Assembly: GCA_964584895.1 (NCBI GenBank) | Contig: CAZPAW010000002.1 | Coordinates: forward strand, 2,748-66,747 | DNA from: an uncultured Candidatus Saccharibacteria bacterium | GTDB lineage: Bacteria > Patescibacteriota > Saccharimonadia > Saccharimonadales > JAGQNJ01 | Direction of reading: 5' to 3' | Length of the DNA: 64,000 nucleotides | Part shown: piece by piece, positions 29,614 to 38,586 of the stretch | Layout of the letters: every line of letters begins with the position of its first letter | How positions within the stretch are numbered: position 1 is the first letter of the stretch | Program-made: the position numbers and the translations under genes | Notes under the pieces: generated by a model | The model's database searches: none | What the model saw: only the letters and a program-made list of their open reading frames with translations | What the model was told of the DNA's origin: nothing

Positions 29614-30306
29614 ATGCAAAAACAACCATATGTCGATTTTGCGAAGAAAAATAACATCGCATTTAACAATATCGATCTGTTAATTACGGCTTTTACACAT
29701 AGGTCATACGTCAACGAACATCGAAAAAGTGTAAAAATTCATAATGAGAGATTAGAGTTCTTGGGTGACGCAGTACTAGAGTTAGTAGTGACAGAATACC
29801 TATACACTAACCATGAAGAAGCCGAAGGCATTTTGACTAATTGGCGTAGCGCTCTAGTTAGAACAGAAAGTATTAGCAAAGCTGCACATAAACTTGATTT
29901 TGAGCCACTACTTCGTCTAAGTAAGGGCGAAAAAATGGGAACAGAGCGAGCCCGAGCCCAAATACTAGCTAACGCATACGAGGCAGTAATCGGGGCGATT
30001 TATATTGATCAGGGCTATGATAGCGCTAAGCAGTTTATCTCAAATAGTTTGATAACTACATTCGATGAAATATTAGAAACGGGCTCATGGATGGATCCAA
30101 AATCACACTTCCAAGAGCAAGCCCAGAGTATAGATAATCAGACGCCGGTGTATAGAGTAATAAGTGAAGTCGGCCCAGATCATGATAAAACATTCACTGT
30201 CGGGGTTTACGTTAATAACAAACTAGTCGGAAAAGGCAAAGGACCAAGCAAACAGATTGGTCAACAAAACGCAGCCCAAGAAGCTTTAAAAAAATACTCT
30301 TCATAG
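29614..30306 (+). CDS. rnc: ribonuclease III
   Basis: Signature ERLEFLGDAVLE. C-terminal dsRNA-binding domain (GPDHDKTFTV...SKQIGQQNAAQEAL). Confidence 0.95.
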   Translation: MQKQPYVDFAKKNNIAFNNIDLLITAFTHRSYVNEHRKSVKIHNERLEFLGDAVLELVVTEYLYTNHEEAEGILTNWRSALVRTESISKAAHKLDFEPLLRLSKGEKMGTERARAQILANAYEAVIGAIYIDQGYDSAKQFISNSLITTFDEILETGSWMDPKSHFQEQAQSIDNQTPVYRVISEVGPDHDKTFTVGVYVNNKLVGKGKGPSKQIGQQNAAQEALKKYSS

Positions 30307-30325
30307 AAACAACAATAACTATTTA

Positions 30326-30354
30326 TTGACATCAGGGGTGATTATCTGTAGAAT
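30326..30354 (+). promoter_or_regulatory. near-consensus sigma70 promoter upstream of rpsP
   Basis: TTGACA (30326-30331), 17-nt spacer, TAGAAT (30349-30354) preceded by TG. Confidence 0.6.
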
Positions 30355-30413
30355 AGCTTGGACTAGATAAATATATTAAGTTACTGCTAGAAAGAGAGTT
30401 GGATCATCCTAAA

Positions 30414-31019
30414 ATGTTAGCTATTAGATTGCAAAGAACAGGCCGAAAAGGATTAGCCCATTACCGAGTTATTGTCCAGGAAGCCCAAAAATCACCAAAA
30501 AGCGGTCGTGTGGTTGCTAGAATCGGACATTACAATCCCCACACTAAAGAGGTTGTAGTTGACAAAGAACAAGCCGAAAAATTTATGAAAAACGGTGCTC
30601 AACCGTCAGATAAAGTTGCCAGATTATTTAAAGCAGAAAAAGTAAAATTGCCTTCTTGGGTTAAGCTAGATTCTAATAAAAAACGATCTGTTAAAAATAT
30701 TGAAAAACTACGTAAAAATCAGCCAGCGAATGAGGAAGTAAAAGATGAGAAGCCAGCCGAACAGCCAGTAGCAGAAAACTCTGCTGAAGATACTTCATCA
30801 GATACACCAGCTGGAGCCGCAGATAAAGTTGATGACGGTGCAAAAACTGAGGAATCAAAAGTAGAAAACGAGGAAGAAAAGCAAGCAAATAAAGTCGAAG
30901 TTCCTGCCGAGCCAGAAGCACCTAAAGGTGAACCGACTGAAGAAACTACAGAAGTTGCAGAAGATAAAACGTCAGAAGATAAAAAACCAGATCAAAAAGT
31001 CAAAGAAGCCAAAGCTTAG
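30414..31019 (+). CDS. rpsP: 30S ribosomal protein S16 with long acidic/Lys-rich C-terminal tail
   Basis: MLAIRLQRTGRKGLAHYRVIV matches the S16 N-terminus, so I prefer ATG 30414 over the track's TTG 30399. About 120 aa of low-complexity tail. Confidence 0.93.
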   Translation: MLAIRLQRTGRKGLAHYRVIVQEAQKSPKSGRVVARIGHYNPHTKEVVVDKEQAEKFMKNGAQPSDKVARLFKAEKVKLPSWVKLDSNKKRSVKNIEKLRKNQPANEEVKDEKPAEQPVAENSAEDTSSDTPAGAADKVDDGAKTEESKVENEEEKQANKVEVPAEPEAPKGEPTEETTEVAEDKTSEDKKPDQKVKEAKA

Positions 31020-31067
31020 TTTGATATAATCATAAATACAGTCAATAAATACCGAAAAAAGGAGATA

Positions 31068-31580
31068 ATGATGAGCAGTACCATAGATGAACAATTTGTA
31101 GAGTTTGTTGTAAAGAGCCTAGTTAGTAAGCCTGATGCAGTTAGCATTAAGCGAACCATCGATGAAAAAGGTGTATTACTAGAATTAACGGTAGATCCAG
31201 AAGATCTCGGTAGAGTTATTGGTAAGCGTGGAGCAGCAGCACAGGCACTACGCACACTGCTACGTGCTTTAGGGACAAAGAATGATGCACGTTACAACCT
31301 AAAAATTGTTGATGTTGGCGGTGAACGTCCAAAACGTGAAGAACAAGATTATAGCGAAGATAAAAAAGAGGAATTGTCAGAGAAAAAATCTGAAGATAAA
31401 AATAGCAAGGAAAAACCAGAAACTGGACATATAGATGAAAAAAAGGATGATCTATCTGAAGCTGAATCAGTATCAGAGACCAAAGAGGTTGAGCCAGAAG
31501 CACCAGAAGAAAAAGTAGCTGAGTCTAGCTATGAAAAAACTCGCCGAGAACTACAAGACCTCGACGACCTCGATATTTAG
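31068..31580 (+). CDS. KH-domain RNA-binding protein (YlqC/UPF0109-like) with acidic C-terminal tail
   Basis: LELTVDPEDLGRVIGKRGAAAQALRTLL (GxxG KH motif). SD AAGGAG upstream. About 90-aa E/K/D-rich tail. Confidence 0.85.
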   Translation: MMSSTIDEQFVEFVVKSLVSKPDAVSIKRTIDEKGVLLELTVDPEDLGRVIGKRGAAAQALRTLLRALGTKNDARYNLKIVDVGGERPKREEQDYSEDKKEELSEKKSEDKNSKEKPETGHIDEKKDDLSEAESVSETKEVEPEAPEEKVAESSYEKTRRELQDLDDLDI

Positions 31581-31590
31581 GTCGGAGTAG

Positions 31591-32235
31591 ATGAAAATTA
31601 CAATAATTAGCATTTTTCCGGAGATGTTTGATGGCGTGCTTAATGCTAGCATGATGCGTAAAGCTCAAGATGTTGGCGCTGTCGAATTTGTGCAAGTATC
31701 GTTACGAGATTTTGGACTTGGTCCTCGTAAACAGGTCGACGATATACCTTACGGTGGTGGAGATGGTATGGTATTAAAGCCAGAGCCTATTGTCTCGGCT
31801 ATAGAACATGCAAAAAAGAAATCACCTAATGCTTTGGTAATATTGCCGACTCCAAGAGGGGTAATATTTAAACAATCAAATGCGAAGTCGTATGCAAAAC
31901 AAAACAAAGACTTGATATTTGTATGCGCTAGGTACGAGGGTTACGATGAGCGAATAATCAAATATGTAGATGAGCAAATTAGAGTTGGAGATTACGTTCT
32001 AACTGGCGGGGAATTACCGGCTATGACTATCATCGACAGTGTTGTTCGTTTATTGCCTGGAGTACTGGGTGGCGAGACCAGCGCTGAGCTTGAATCATTT
32101 CAGACGAATGATAAAACAGTCGAGCATCCACATTACACTAGACCAGAAGATTTTAAAGGCGACAAAGTACCAAAAGTCTTATTAAGTGGTAACCACGCTG
32201 AAATAGAAAAGTGGCGTGACAAAAACAGTCGTTAA
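31591..32235 (+). CDS. trmD: tRNA (guanine37-N1)-methyltransferase
   Basis: ISIFPEMF, YGGGDGMVLKPEP and VLTGGELPAMTIIDSVVRLLPGVLG are typical TrmD motifs. Confidence 0.95.
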   Translation: MKITIISIFPEMFDGVLNASMMRKAQDVGAVEFVQVSLRDFGLGPRKQVDDIPYGGGDGMVLKPEPIVSAIEHAKKKSPNALVILPTPRGVIFKQSNAKSYAKQNKDLIFVCARYEGYDERIIKYVDEQIRVGDYVLTGGELPAMTIIDSVVRLLPGVLGGETSAELESFQTNDKTVEHPHYTRPEDFKGDKVPKVLLSGNHAEIEKWRDKNSR

Positions 32236-32250
32236 TTGTATAATAGGCAT

Positions 32251-32850
32251 ATGGGAGATGTTGTTTCTTTTGGTAATTCTAGAATTAGTATCGAGGAATT
32301 TGATACTGAGTTAAAAAACCCAGCTGCTTTTGAGCGGGTAGCCGAAAGCATAGGTAGAATTTGTAAATTTGCTGATTATCATTTAAGCACAGACGGTATT
32401 GACACTCGGATTAGGTTTAATTCGCCAGAAAATGATGTACTAAGTTATGTAAGAGATTCAAATCGGGGATTGATTGTGTCTGTGCCTGGAAGTTTTCCCC
32501 AAGCTCTGGTTGATGGTCTTGGATTTGATGATGAAGTTGCAATCCAACTAGCTACTGATTATTCATTAGCGTATGGTCAGTATTCATATTGTAGAGCGCG
32601 TCGAAAATTCAAATCACCAAGTTTTGTGGGTAGTCAAGTAGACGATATATGGCAAAGTAGATATTTATCATCAGAATCAAGATCGTTTATCCCACCCTAT
32701 AGATTTGCGGGAGCTGTCGCTATTAGGTCTGCTAAAGTTCTCGAAATTCCAATCTCTGGATTAACTAATCAGCCGCCTCATATTGCTGGAATACTTAATC
32801 CACTTTCTAGAGGCGAGGCTAGATCTCTGCACGGAATCCTCAGAGCTTGA
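32251..32850 (+). CDS. hypothetical protein
   Basis: The track starts at 32236, but TATAAT at 32239-32244 lies 6 nt before the in-frame ATG at 32251, which I prefer. No motif recognised. Confidence 0.55.
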   Translation: MGDVVSFGNSRISIEEFDTELKNPAAFERVAESIGRICKFADYHLSTDGIDTRIRFNSPENDVLSYVRDSNRGLIVSVPGSFPQALVDGLGFDDEVAIQLATDYSLAYGQYSYCRARRKFKSPSFVGSQVDDIWQSRYLSSESRSFIPPYRFAGAVAIRSAKVLEIPISGLTNQPPHIAGILNPLSRGEARSLHGILRA

Positions 32851-32882
32851 TATACTAGAAAGATAAACAGGAGATAAAAAAT

Positions 32883-33266
32883 ATGAGTTTTATAAAAAAA
32901 GTATATGCACATTGCGATCTGCCGTGCGGGGTATATGACCCGGCACAAGCTAGAATTGAAGCCGAATCTGTAAAAGCTATTATGGACAAATATACTTCTG
33001 ATTTACATGATGAAGACAAAATCCGGGCAATATTAATCAAAGAACAACGATTAGAGCTCGTTAAACATCATTTATGGGTTTTATGGACAGATTATTTTAA
33101 GCCCGAACATTTAGAAAAATATCCAGATCTTCATGATAAATTTTGGCAAGCTACAAAGCAGGCAGGTCAGTGTAAAAAAACAACAGATCCAAAAGAGGGC
33201 CAAAAACTACTTAATATGATTGATGAGATAGCAAAAATCTTTCATGAGACTAAAAAGTCTAGCTAA
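32883..33266 (+). CDS. sodN: nickel-containing superoxide dismutase precursor
   Basis: Ni-hook HCDLPCGVYDPAQARIEAESVKAI after a 9-aa propeptide MSFIKKVYA. Closely parallels Streptomyces NiSOD as I remember it. SD AGGAG upstream. Confidence 0.95.
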   Translation: MSFIKKVYAHCDLPCGVYDPAQARIEAESVKAIMDKYTSDLHDEDKIRAILIKEQRLELVKHHLWVLWTDYFKPEHLEKYPDLHDKFWQATKQAGQCKKTTDPKEGQKLLNMIDEIAKIFHETKKSS

Positions 33267-33561
33267 ACCATTGTTTATTCGTCGAGTGTCGGGCGACAGC
33301 ATGTCGCCAACATTACGCGCTGGAGAACTAGTGTTAGTCTGTAGTGCACTAAAACCAAAAATTGGTGACGTTATCGTATTTAGGCATAATGATTTAGAAA
33401 AAATTAAGCGAATAGAATCTATTGATAATGGATATTTTTTTGTTGTTGGCGATAATAAAGACTTAAGTACTGATAGCAGAGTTTTTGGTAAGCTATCTAA
33501 AGATTTATATAAAGGAAGTGTTATTTTACCTAGAACCAAAAAAGTTGTTAGCTTGATCTAG
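33244..33561 (+). CDS. sodX: S24/S26-type signal-peptidase-like NiSOD maturation protease
   Basis: GDSMSPTL (Ser nucleophile), KIKRI (Lys), GDNKDLSTDSRVFG. Overlaps the sodN 3' end by 23 nt. Confidence 0.85.
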   Translation: MRLKSLAKPLFIRRVSGDSMSPTLRAGELVLVCSALKPKIGDVIVFRHNDLEKIKRIESIDNGYFFVVGDNKDLSTDSRVFGKLSKDLYKGSVILPRTKKVVSLI

Positions 33562-34687
33562 CTAATCTTTTGAAGAATTTGCGAATAGGCTTAGTAGAAC
33601 CGGAGCTTTTTGTATGATCAATTGATTCAGTGTTACGAAAAACTTCCATGAACATTTGTAGCGTAGTAACAATAACGATCATAAGCACGGGGCCGAGAAC
33701 TATCCCAGCGAAACCAAATAATGCTAATCCAGAAAAAACCGACAACATCATTAGTGCAGAATCTAGTCTAGCTTCTTTAGGGACTAATTGTGGCCTTAGA
33801 ATATTATCGATATTAGTTACAATTAATAGATGGTTTGCGATAACCAGGATACCGCCAGTGACATTACCCGTCAAAATCATAAATATACCAATTGGAATAG
33901 TAATTATACCTGCTCCTAATGGGATAATTGACATAACAGTAAGAAGAAGTGCAAAGAAGAAGAATAGATTATCAAGACCTGCGACAGCTAATATTGTGGC
34001 ACTCTCAAGTCCTTGACATAGCGCGATGATGAATTGACCTCTTACTGTAGCTTTTGTCATGGCGCCCATTCGCTCGAAGTAAAGTTCGCTAATTTCACTA
34101 CCAAGCGGGTTTAGTTTTCCTAGCGATTTAGTAATTTTTTCTTTATTAACAAGTAGCGCAAAGAAGACGTATATGTAAATTATTCCAACAGTTATCATAG
34201 AAAAAATGCTCGAAACTGAAGCAACTATACTTGAGGCTACTTCGGTCCCGAATTGTTCTATTGCCGATTCTAGCGTCTTTGTTAATTGCTCTATAGTAAT
34301 TTGGTAATTAATCCCAAAATTTGCAAGAAATTGATTAATACTATCAATCAGATCTGTAATAAATTTTCCCACGTCTGCTGAATAATTAGACGTCGATATA
34401 TCGCTTAACAGACTGTTTATTTGCAGTACTGTGATTGATGCGACAATTATTAGCGGGATTATTACTGCCAGTAAGGTTGCTAAAAAGGTTAAGGTAGCTG
34501 CTCGGCCTTTGGTTTTGACGCGTTTTAACAGCCACTCATAAACAGGGTTAAATAAATAAGCAATTATTGCCGCAACCGCAATAAGCAATAAATAGTCTTT
34601 TAAAAAGAGAACGCCTATAACAACAGCGAATATTGTAGCTACTGCTAAAGCTTGTTTTTGAGGTTTTGTTACCTTAAGTAATCCCAT
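33548..34687 (-). CDS. AI-2E family transporter (PerM/UPF0118)
   Basis: About 8 TM segments and DNILRPQLV, typical of the family. Confidence 0.85.
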   Translation of the reverse strand: MGLLKVTKPQKQALAVATIFAVVIGVLFLKDYLLLIAVAAIIAYLFNPVYEWLLKRVKTKGRAATLTFLATLLAVIIPLIIVASITVLQINSLLSDISTSNYSADVGKFITDLIDSINQFLANFGINYQITIEQLTKTLESAIEQFGTEVASSIVASVSSIFSMITVGIIYIYVFFALLVNKEKITKSLGKLNPLGSEISELYFERMGAMTKATVRGQFIIALCQGLESATILAVAGLDNLFFFFALLLTVMSIIPLGAGIITIPIGIFMILTGNVTGGILVIANHLLIVTNIDNILRPQLVPKEARLDSALMMLSVFSGLALFGFAGIVLGPVLMIVIVTTLQMFMEVFRNTESIDHTKSSGSTKPIRKFFKRLARSS

Positions 34688-34747
34688 AATATTTTAGTAC
34701 TAATACTAATATATTTACGAGAGATTATCAAATACTCTGTATTGATT

Positions 34748-35020
34748 TTAAAGCCCGAGTATTTGTTTTTTCTTGGCTGAAAATTCTTCGTCTGTTAAAA
34801 CGCCACTCTCATGTAACTGCCCTAGTTTTTCGAGCTGTGCAATTTGATCATCCTCTGTTGAGGCTTGTGCTTGAGGTTGCTCTACTGATTGTTGTTGGTA
34901 TTGCTCAGCATCTTGTTCGGCATAGCGTCTAGCTTGGCGTCGACTAACGTTGTTTGATACGGCCGTAGCGGTACCAGATACTACTGCTACTCTCGCCATC
35001 CCTCGTAATAAACCCGGCAT
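34748..35020 (-). CDS. SHOCT domain protein
   Basis: C-terminal LHESGVLTDEEFSAKKKQILGL is a SHOCT domain. I prefer ATG 35020 (MPGLLRG...) with SD AAGGAGGAG over the track's longer 35101 start. Confidence 0.8.
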   Translation of the reverse strand: MPGLLRGMARVAVVSGTATAVSNNVSRRQARRYAEQDAEQYQQQSVEQPQAQASTEDDQIAQLEKLGQLHESGVLTDEEFSAKKKQILGL

Positions 35021-35021
35021 T

Positions 35022-35441
35022 TTATTCTCCTCCTTTTTGATTAAGTTCGGCGCTGGCGTCAGGATGTATTCGTCCCTCTGCAACCAATACGCCATTTGCA
35101 TTTATAATCGCTTGCTTTAGACCCTTGGCCCAGAGTTGTTCTATAATCAGCAGTCCTGCTGAAGTATTATTTTCTAAGAGTTCGCCGGTCTCATTGATAT
35201 CATCTTCAGTAATTAGCCCCTTAGAGCTTGATTTGGCTTCTGAGACTTTCTGGGCCACTAAACTATCTAGATTATTAAGTTCAACGGAAGTCACATTGCC
35301 GTCGTTATCTTTAACAATTATTGCTAAATCAAGCACTGCGATTGTGCCGTCGTTAACTGCTTTCTCTAACTCTTTTAAGATTTCGCCCTTGAAATTATTT
35401 CCTTCAAATCCGACGATAATATAATCAATTGGTCCTCTCAT
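35022..35441 (-). CDS. small cytosolic protein, DUF1269/DUF6325-like (family name from memory, uncertain)
   Basis: MRGPIDYIIVGFEGNNFKGEILKEL...GTIAVLDLAIIVKDNDGNV. Its stop lies 1 nt before the SHOCT gene start. Own TGCTATAAT promoter and AAGGAGG SD. Confidence 0.6.
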   Translation of the reverse strand: MRGPIDYIIVGFEGNNFKGEILKELEKAVNDGTIAVLDLAIIVKDNDGNVTSVELNNLDSLVAQKVSEAKSSSKGLITEDDINETGELLENNTSAGLLIIEQLWAKGLKQAIINANGVLVAEGRIHPDASAELNQKGGE

Positions 35442-35505
35442 ATACCTCCTTTACTTTCGTTTTTATTATAGCACTACAACTCAATTTTAATTAAAAATCG
35501 GTAGT

Positions 35506-35547
35506 AAAAAAAGCACATTAATTGCTGATTTATAATGTGCTTTTTTT
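35506..35547. terminator. bidirectional hairpin terminator
   Basis: A-run, aagcacatta-12 nt loop-taatgtgctt (10-bp stem), T-run. Confidence 0.65.
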
Positions 35548-35565
35548 GAAGAGCTACAGAAAAAA

Positions 35566-35964
35566 TTATGTGCGGACTTCGTCACCTTTGACTGTCAATG
35601 CATAAATAATCAAAACGTTGATAATCATAACAATGATTGACCACACAGGGTAAGTATTAGCATAAGACAAGTTTGCTGCGAAACTTAGAATAGCAATAAT
35701 GACGCCAATTACTCTAGCCCATACTGCTCCATTCATGACCGCAAAACCTGCAGCAAATACCAAAACACCAATTAGTAGATGTATCCAGCCCCAAGTTGTA
35801 AAGTTAAATGCAATTAAACTTTGTTCTGTGACCACTAAGTAGTCACTGTTAAGTAGTGCTGTGAAACCAGCAATTCCTTGCACGATACCCATGAGTATCA
35901 TCATGAATCCTGCAAATACAATCCAGCCTGTCCAGCCAGAAGCTTGTTTATTGTTTACTGCCAT
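35566..35964 (-). CDS. small 4-TM membrane protein, unassigned
   Basis: Four hydrophobic helices. SD AAGGAGGTG upstream. Resembles small actinobacterial membrane proteins, but I cannot name the family with confidence. Confidence 0.65.
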   Translation of the reverse strand: MAVNNKQASGWTGWIVFAGFMMILMGIVQGIAGFTALLNSDYLVVTEQSLIAFNFTTWGWIHLLIGVLVFAAGFAVMNGAVWARVIGVIIAILSFAANLSYANTYPVWSIIVMIINVLIIYALTVKGDEVRT

Positions 35965-36062
35965 AGAACACCTCCTTATTTAATATCTTAAAACTATACG
36001 TTGCAAATAATTAAATTGTCAAATTATCCAGCTTATGTATAAATGCTTATGCTTGAAATCTG

Positions 36063-36434
36063 CTATTCTTTTTTGCTGATATCGTCGTGGTTCAAACCGT
36101 AGTAGTGGGCTATTTCATGCCATAAAGTGTGGTGGATTTGTCGGGCAAGATCTTCAATATTTGTTGACATTTTCTCAATTGGTTTTTTAAAAAGTGTAAT
36201 TTTGTCTGGTAAAACTAGACTGTAGTTATTGCCTCTGGATGTTAGAGGGATTCCTTCGTATAGACCAAGCAGGGTTTGGTGAGGTCCGAGTTTCTGTTTT
36301 TGCATTTGTTCTTTAGTAGGCAGGTCTTCGACTACTACCACTACATTATTTAAATTTTTTTGATACCGTTTAGGTAAATCGTCCATGGCGCTTGCTACCA
36401 GATCTTCAAATTGTTGTTGAGATACAATAAACAT
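36063..36434 (-). CDS. metallopeptidase family protein (minimal zincin, DUF1025-like)
   Basis: HHTLWHEIAHYYGLNHDDI (HExxH followed by G..hD). Confidence 0.85.
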   Translation of the reverse strand: MFIVSQQQFEDLVASAMDDLPKRYQKNLNNVVVVVEDLPTKEQMQKQKLGPHQTLLGLYEGIPLTSRGNNYSLVLPDKITLFKKPIEKMSTNIEDLARQIHHTLWHEIAHYYGLNHDDISKKE

Positions 36435-36613
36435 AGCTTCATAATAACAGACGAAAAATAAGATAATCCGAGGAAAATTATCAAAGGAGTCACAAGAGAG
36501 TCAGACTGCACAACTTTTATTGTAAACTTTTTATCAAATTTTAGAAAAAAATATCAATAAGGAATGTTTGGTGTTGGCATCTTACTAAATAGTATGGTTA
36601 TAATATCCTTAAG

Positions 36614-38212
36614 ATGAAAAAAAAGACGGTAATTGCCATACTCGCGATATCTCAATTTGTGATGATTTTGGATAGTACGGTTATGAATGTTTCGATTTCG
36701 ACGGTTGCAGCTGATCTTGGGACTACCATATCTGGTATGCAGGCAGCAATTACTCTATATGCACTAACAATGGCTTCTTTAATGTTAACGGGTGGAAAGC
36801 TAGGTAGTATTTGGGGTAGGCATACGGCTTTTAAAATCGGTTCATTTGTTTATGGGATTGGATCTTTGATTACGGCATTAAGTCCATCTTTGGCAGTTTT
36901 GTTGTTCGGTTGGTCGTTTGTCGAAGGATTAGGAGCAGTGCTGGTCATCCCGGCGATTGCGGCTTTGGCGGCGGTTAATTATAAAGGTAAAGAACGAGTC
37001 GCAGCTTTCTCGATTCTTGGCGCTGTAACAGGTCTTGCCGCAGCCGTTGGTCCGATTATTGGCGGGTTTTTCACTACCTATTTATCATGGAGATATGTGT
37101 TTGCGTCCGAAGCTGTGATTATGACGGGCGTACTATTGTTATCAAACAAGATAAAAGACGAAAAACTTGAGGAAAAGAGCCATTTAGATTTAACGAGCGT
37201 TTTTATGTCAGCTACCGGGATGGGGATTTTGGTACTCGGTGTTCTACAGAGTAAAACTTGGGGTTGGATAAACCCGATAAGTTCGCCAGTTATTAACGGT
37301 CAAGAAATAGCACCGTTTGGCATTTCTTTAACTGCGTATTTTATTGTTATTGGCTTAATAATATTAAAGTTGTTTATGTCTAGACAGAGGATGTTAGAAG
37401 ATGCTGGTAAAGATCCATTGCTTAAAACTTCACTTCTAAAACTTCCGATATTAAAGAGTGGTCTAAGTGTGTTTATGTCGCAGTATTTTGTTATTGCGGC
37501 TTTATTCTTTGTTATTCCGGTCTATCTACAGACTGTACTCGGTTACGATGCGCTTCAAACAGGCGTTAAGCTTGTTCCGTTATCCATAGGCTTGGTAATA
37601 TTTTCAGCCGTAGGTTCAAAGTTATCGGCGACAAAACCACCACGATTAATTGTTAGGAGCGGACAAATTGCGATGGCTTTTGGATCGCTGTTGCTTTTAG
37701 ACTCAATCAACCCAGAATTAAGTAACGGCCTTTTCTGGCTAGGTATGTTTATTGTTGGTGCGGGCTTTGGCTTGCTGGCTTCACAGCTCGGGAATGTCAA
37801 TATGTCTGCCGTATCCAGCGAAGATACAGTCCAGGTTGGGGGATTGCAGGGTACATATCAAAACCTTGGTACGTCTTTCGGCACAGCACTTGTAGGGTCA
37901 ATCTTTATGCTAACGCTTACATCGGGTTTTATATCGGCTGTTAACTCAACATCAGACTTATCTTCAGATCAAAAGACTCAAATTACTGCTAAGGCCGAAA
38001 GTGGAGTTCAGGTAGTGTCTTCAGAACAGGCTAGCCAGTACGTTATCGAAAATGGTGGAAGTCAACAAACTGCCAACACTCTTACCGGACTTTATCAGGA
38101 TAGCCAGATACAAGCCCTAAAAGAGGGGATGTTCTTTGTCTTTGTCGCGGCAATCGGCTCATTAGTCCTTGCCAAGAATTTGCCTACTAAAGTTATAAAG
38201 CAGTTGAATTAA
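36614..38212 (+). CDS. MFS transporter, DHA2 (14-TM drug:H+ antiporter)-like
   Basis: 532 aa with about 14 TM segments. LDSTVMNVSISTVAADL and GGKLGSIWGRH motifs, typical of the EmrB/QacA group. Confidence 0.9.
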   Translation: MKKKTVIAILAISQFVMILDSTVMNVSISTVAADLGTTISGMQAAITLYALTMASLMLTGGKLGSIWGRHTAFKIGSFVYGIGSLITALSPSLAVLLFGWSFVEGLGAVLVIPAIAALAAVNYKGKERVAAFSILGAVTGLAAAVGPIIGGFFTTYLSWRYVFASEAVIMTGVLLLSNKIKDEKLEEKSHLDLTSVFMSATGMGILVLGVLQSKTWGWINPISSPVINGQEIAPFGISLTAYFIVIGLIILKLFMSRQRMLEDAGKDPLLKTSLLKLPILKSGLSVFMSQYFVIAALFFVIPVYLQTVLGYDALQTGVKLVPLSIGLVIFSAVGSKLSATKPPRLIVRSGQIAMAFGSLLLLDSINPELSNGLFWLGMFIVGAGFGLLASQLGNVNMSAVSSEDTVQVGGLQGTYQNLGTSFGTALVGSIFMLTLTSGFISAVNSTSDLSSDQKTQITAKAESGVQVVSSEQASQYVIENGGSQQTANTLTGLYQDSQIQALKEGMFFVFVAAIGSLVLAKNLPTKVIKQLN

Positions 38213-38344
38213 CTGATTGTCTTTATAATAACTAGTAATAATCCTGATATTTTAGACAACTTCGACTGTTTTAGTCTGTCAGTTCAAATCCATAGAACGA
38301 AACAATCCTTCATAACTATGCATTTAAAGTATAGTGACGAAGGA

Positions 38345-38418
38345 TGGCTTCGGGACTAGGATTTGAACCTAGATTGCTGGGACCAGAACCCAGTGTCCTA
38401 CCATTAGACGATCCCGAA
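38345..38418 (-). tRNA. tRNA-Gln (CTG)
   Basis: The reverse complement folds as a cloverleaf: acceptor TTCGGGA/TCCCGAA (U1:A72), anticodon loop TTCTGGT, T-arm CTAGG-TTCAAAT-CCTAG, encoded CCA. Confidence 0.9.
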
Positions 38419-38586
38419 ATATAACGACCTAGCTGTAAATTGTGACAGATTACTCAATATTTCTCTACACTGAGTTTATTGTCTAATGCTAAGATGTCCT
38501 GTCACGATATTTTTTCTTTGAAAAAATTCTCGACCCCACCTCAGCTCGGTGACTTTCGTCATCCGTGCTTCCGGTCTTGCAAAAGT

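Noticed and set aside
30399-30413. Longer N-terminal extensions given by the ORF track (30399 for rpsP; also 32236, 60372, 48193, 50961, 35101, 19905)
   Set aside because: The extensions start at TTG or GTG, or at upstream ATG codons that overlap the -10 box or precede a well-placed SD. The conserved protein N-termini (S16, YajQ) begin at the internal ATG.
30691-31503. Antisense ORFs 30691-30921, 31016-31255 and 31216-31503
   Set aside because: They lie opposite the low-complexity acidic tails of rpsP and the KH protein. They have Leu/Gln-rich artefact composition and no start signals.
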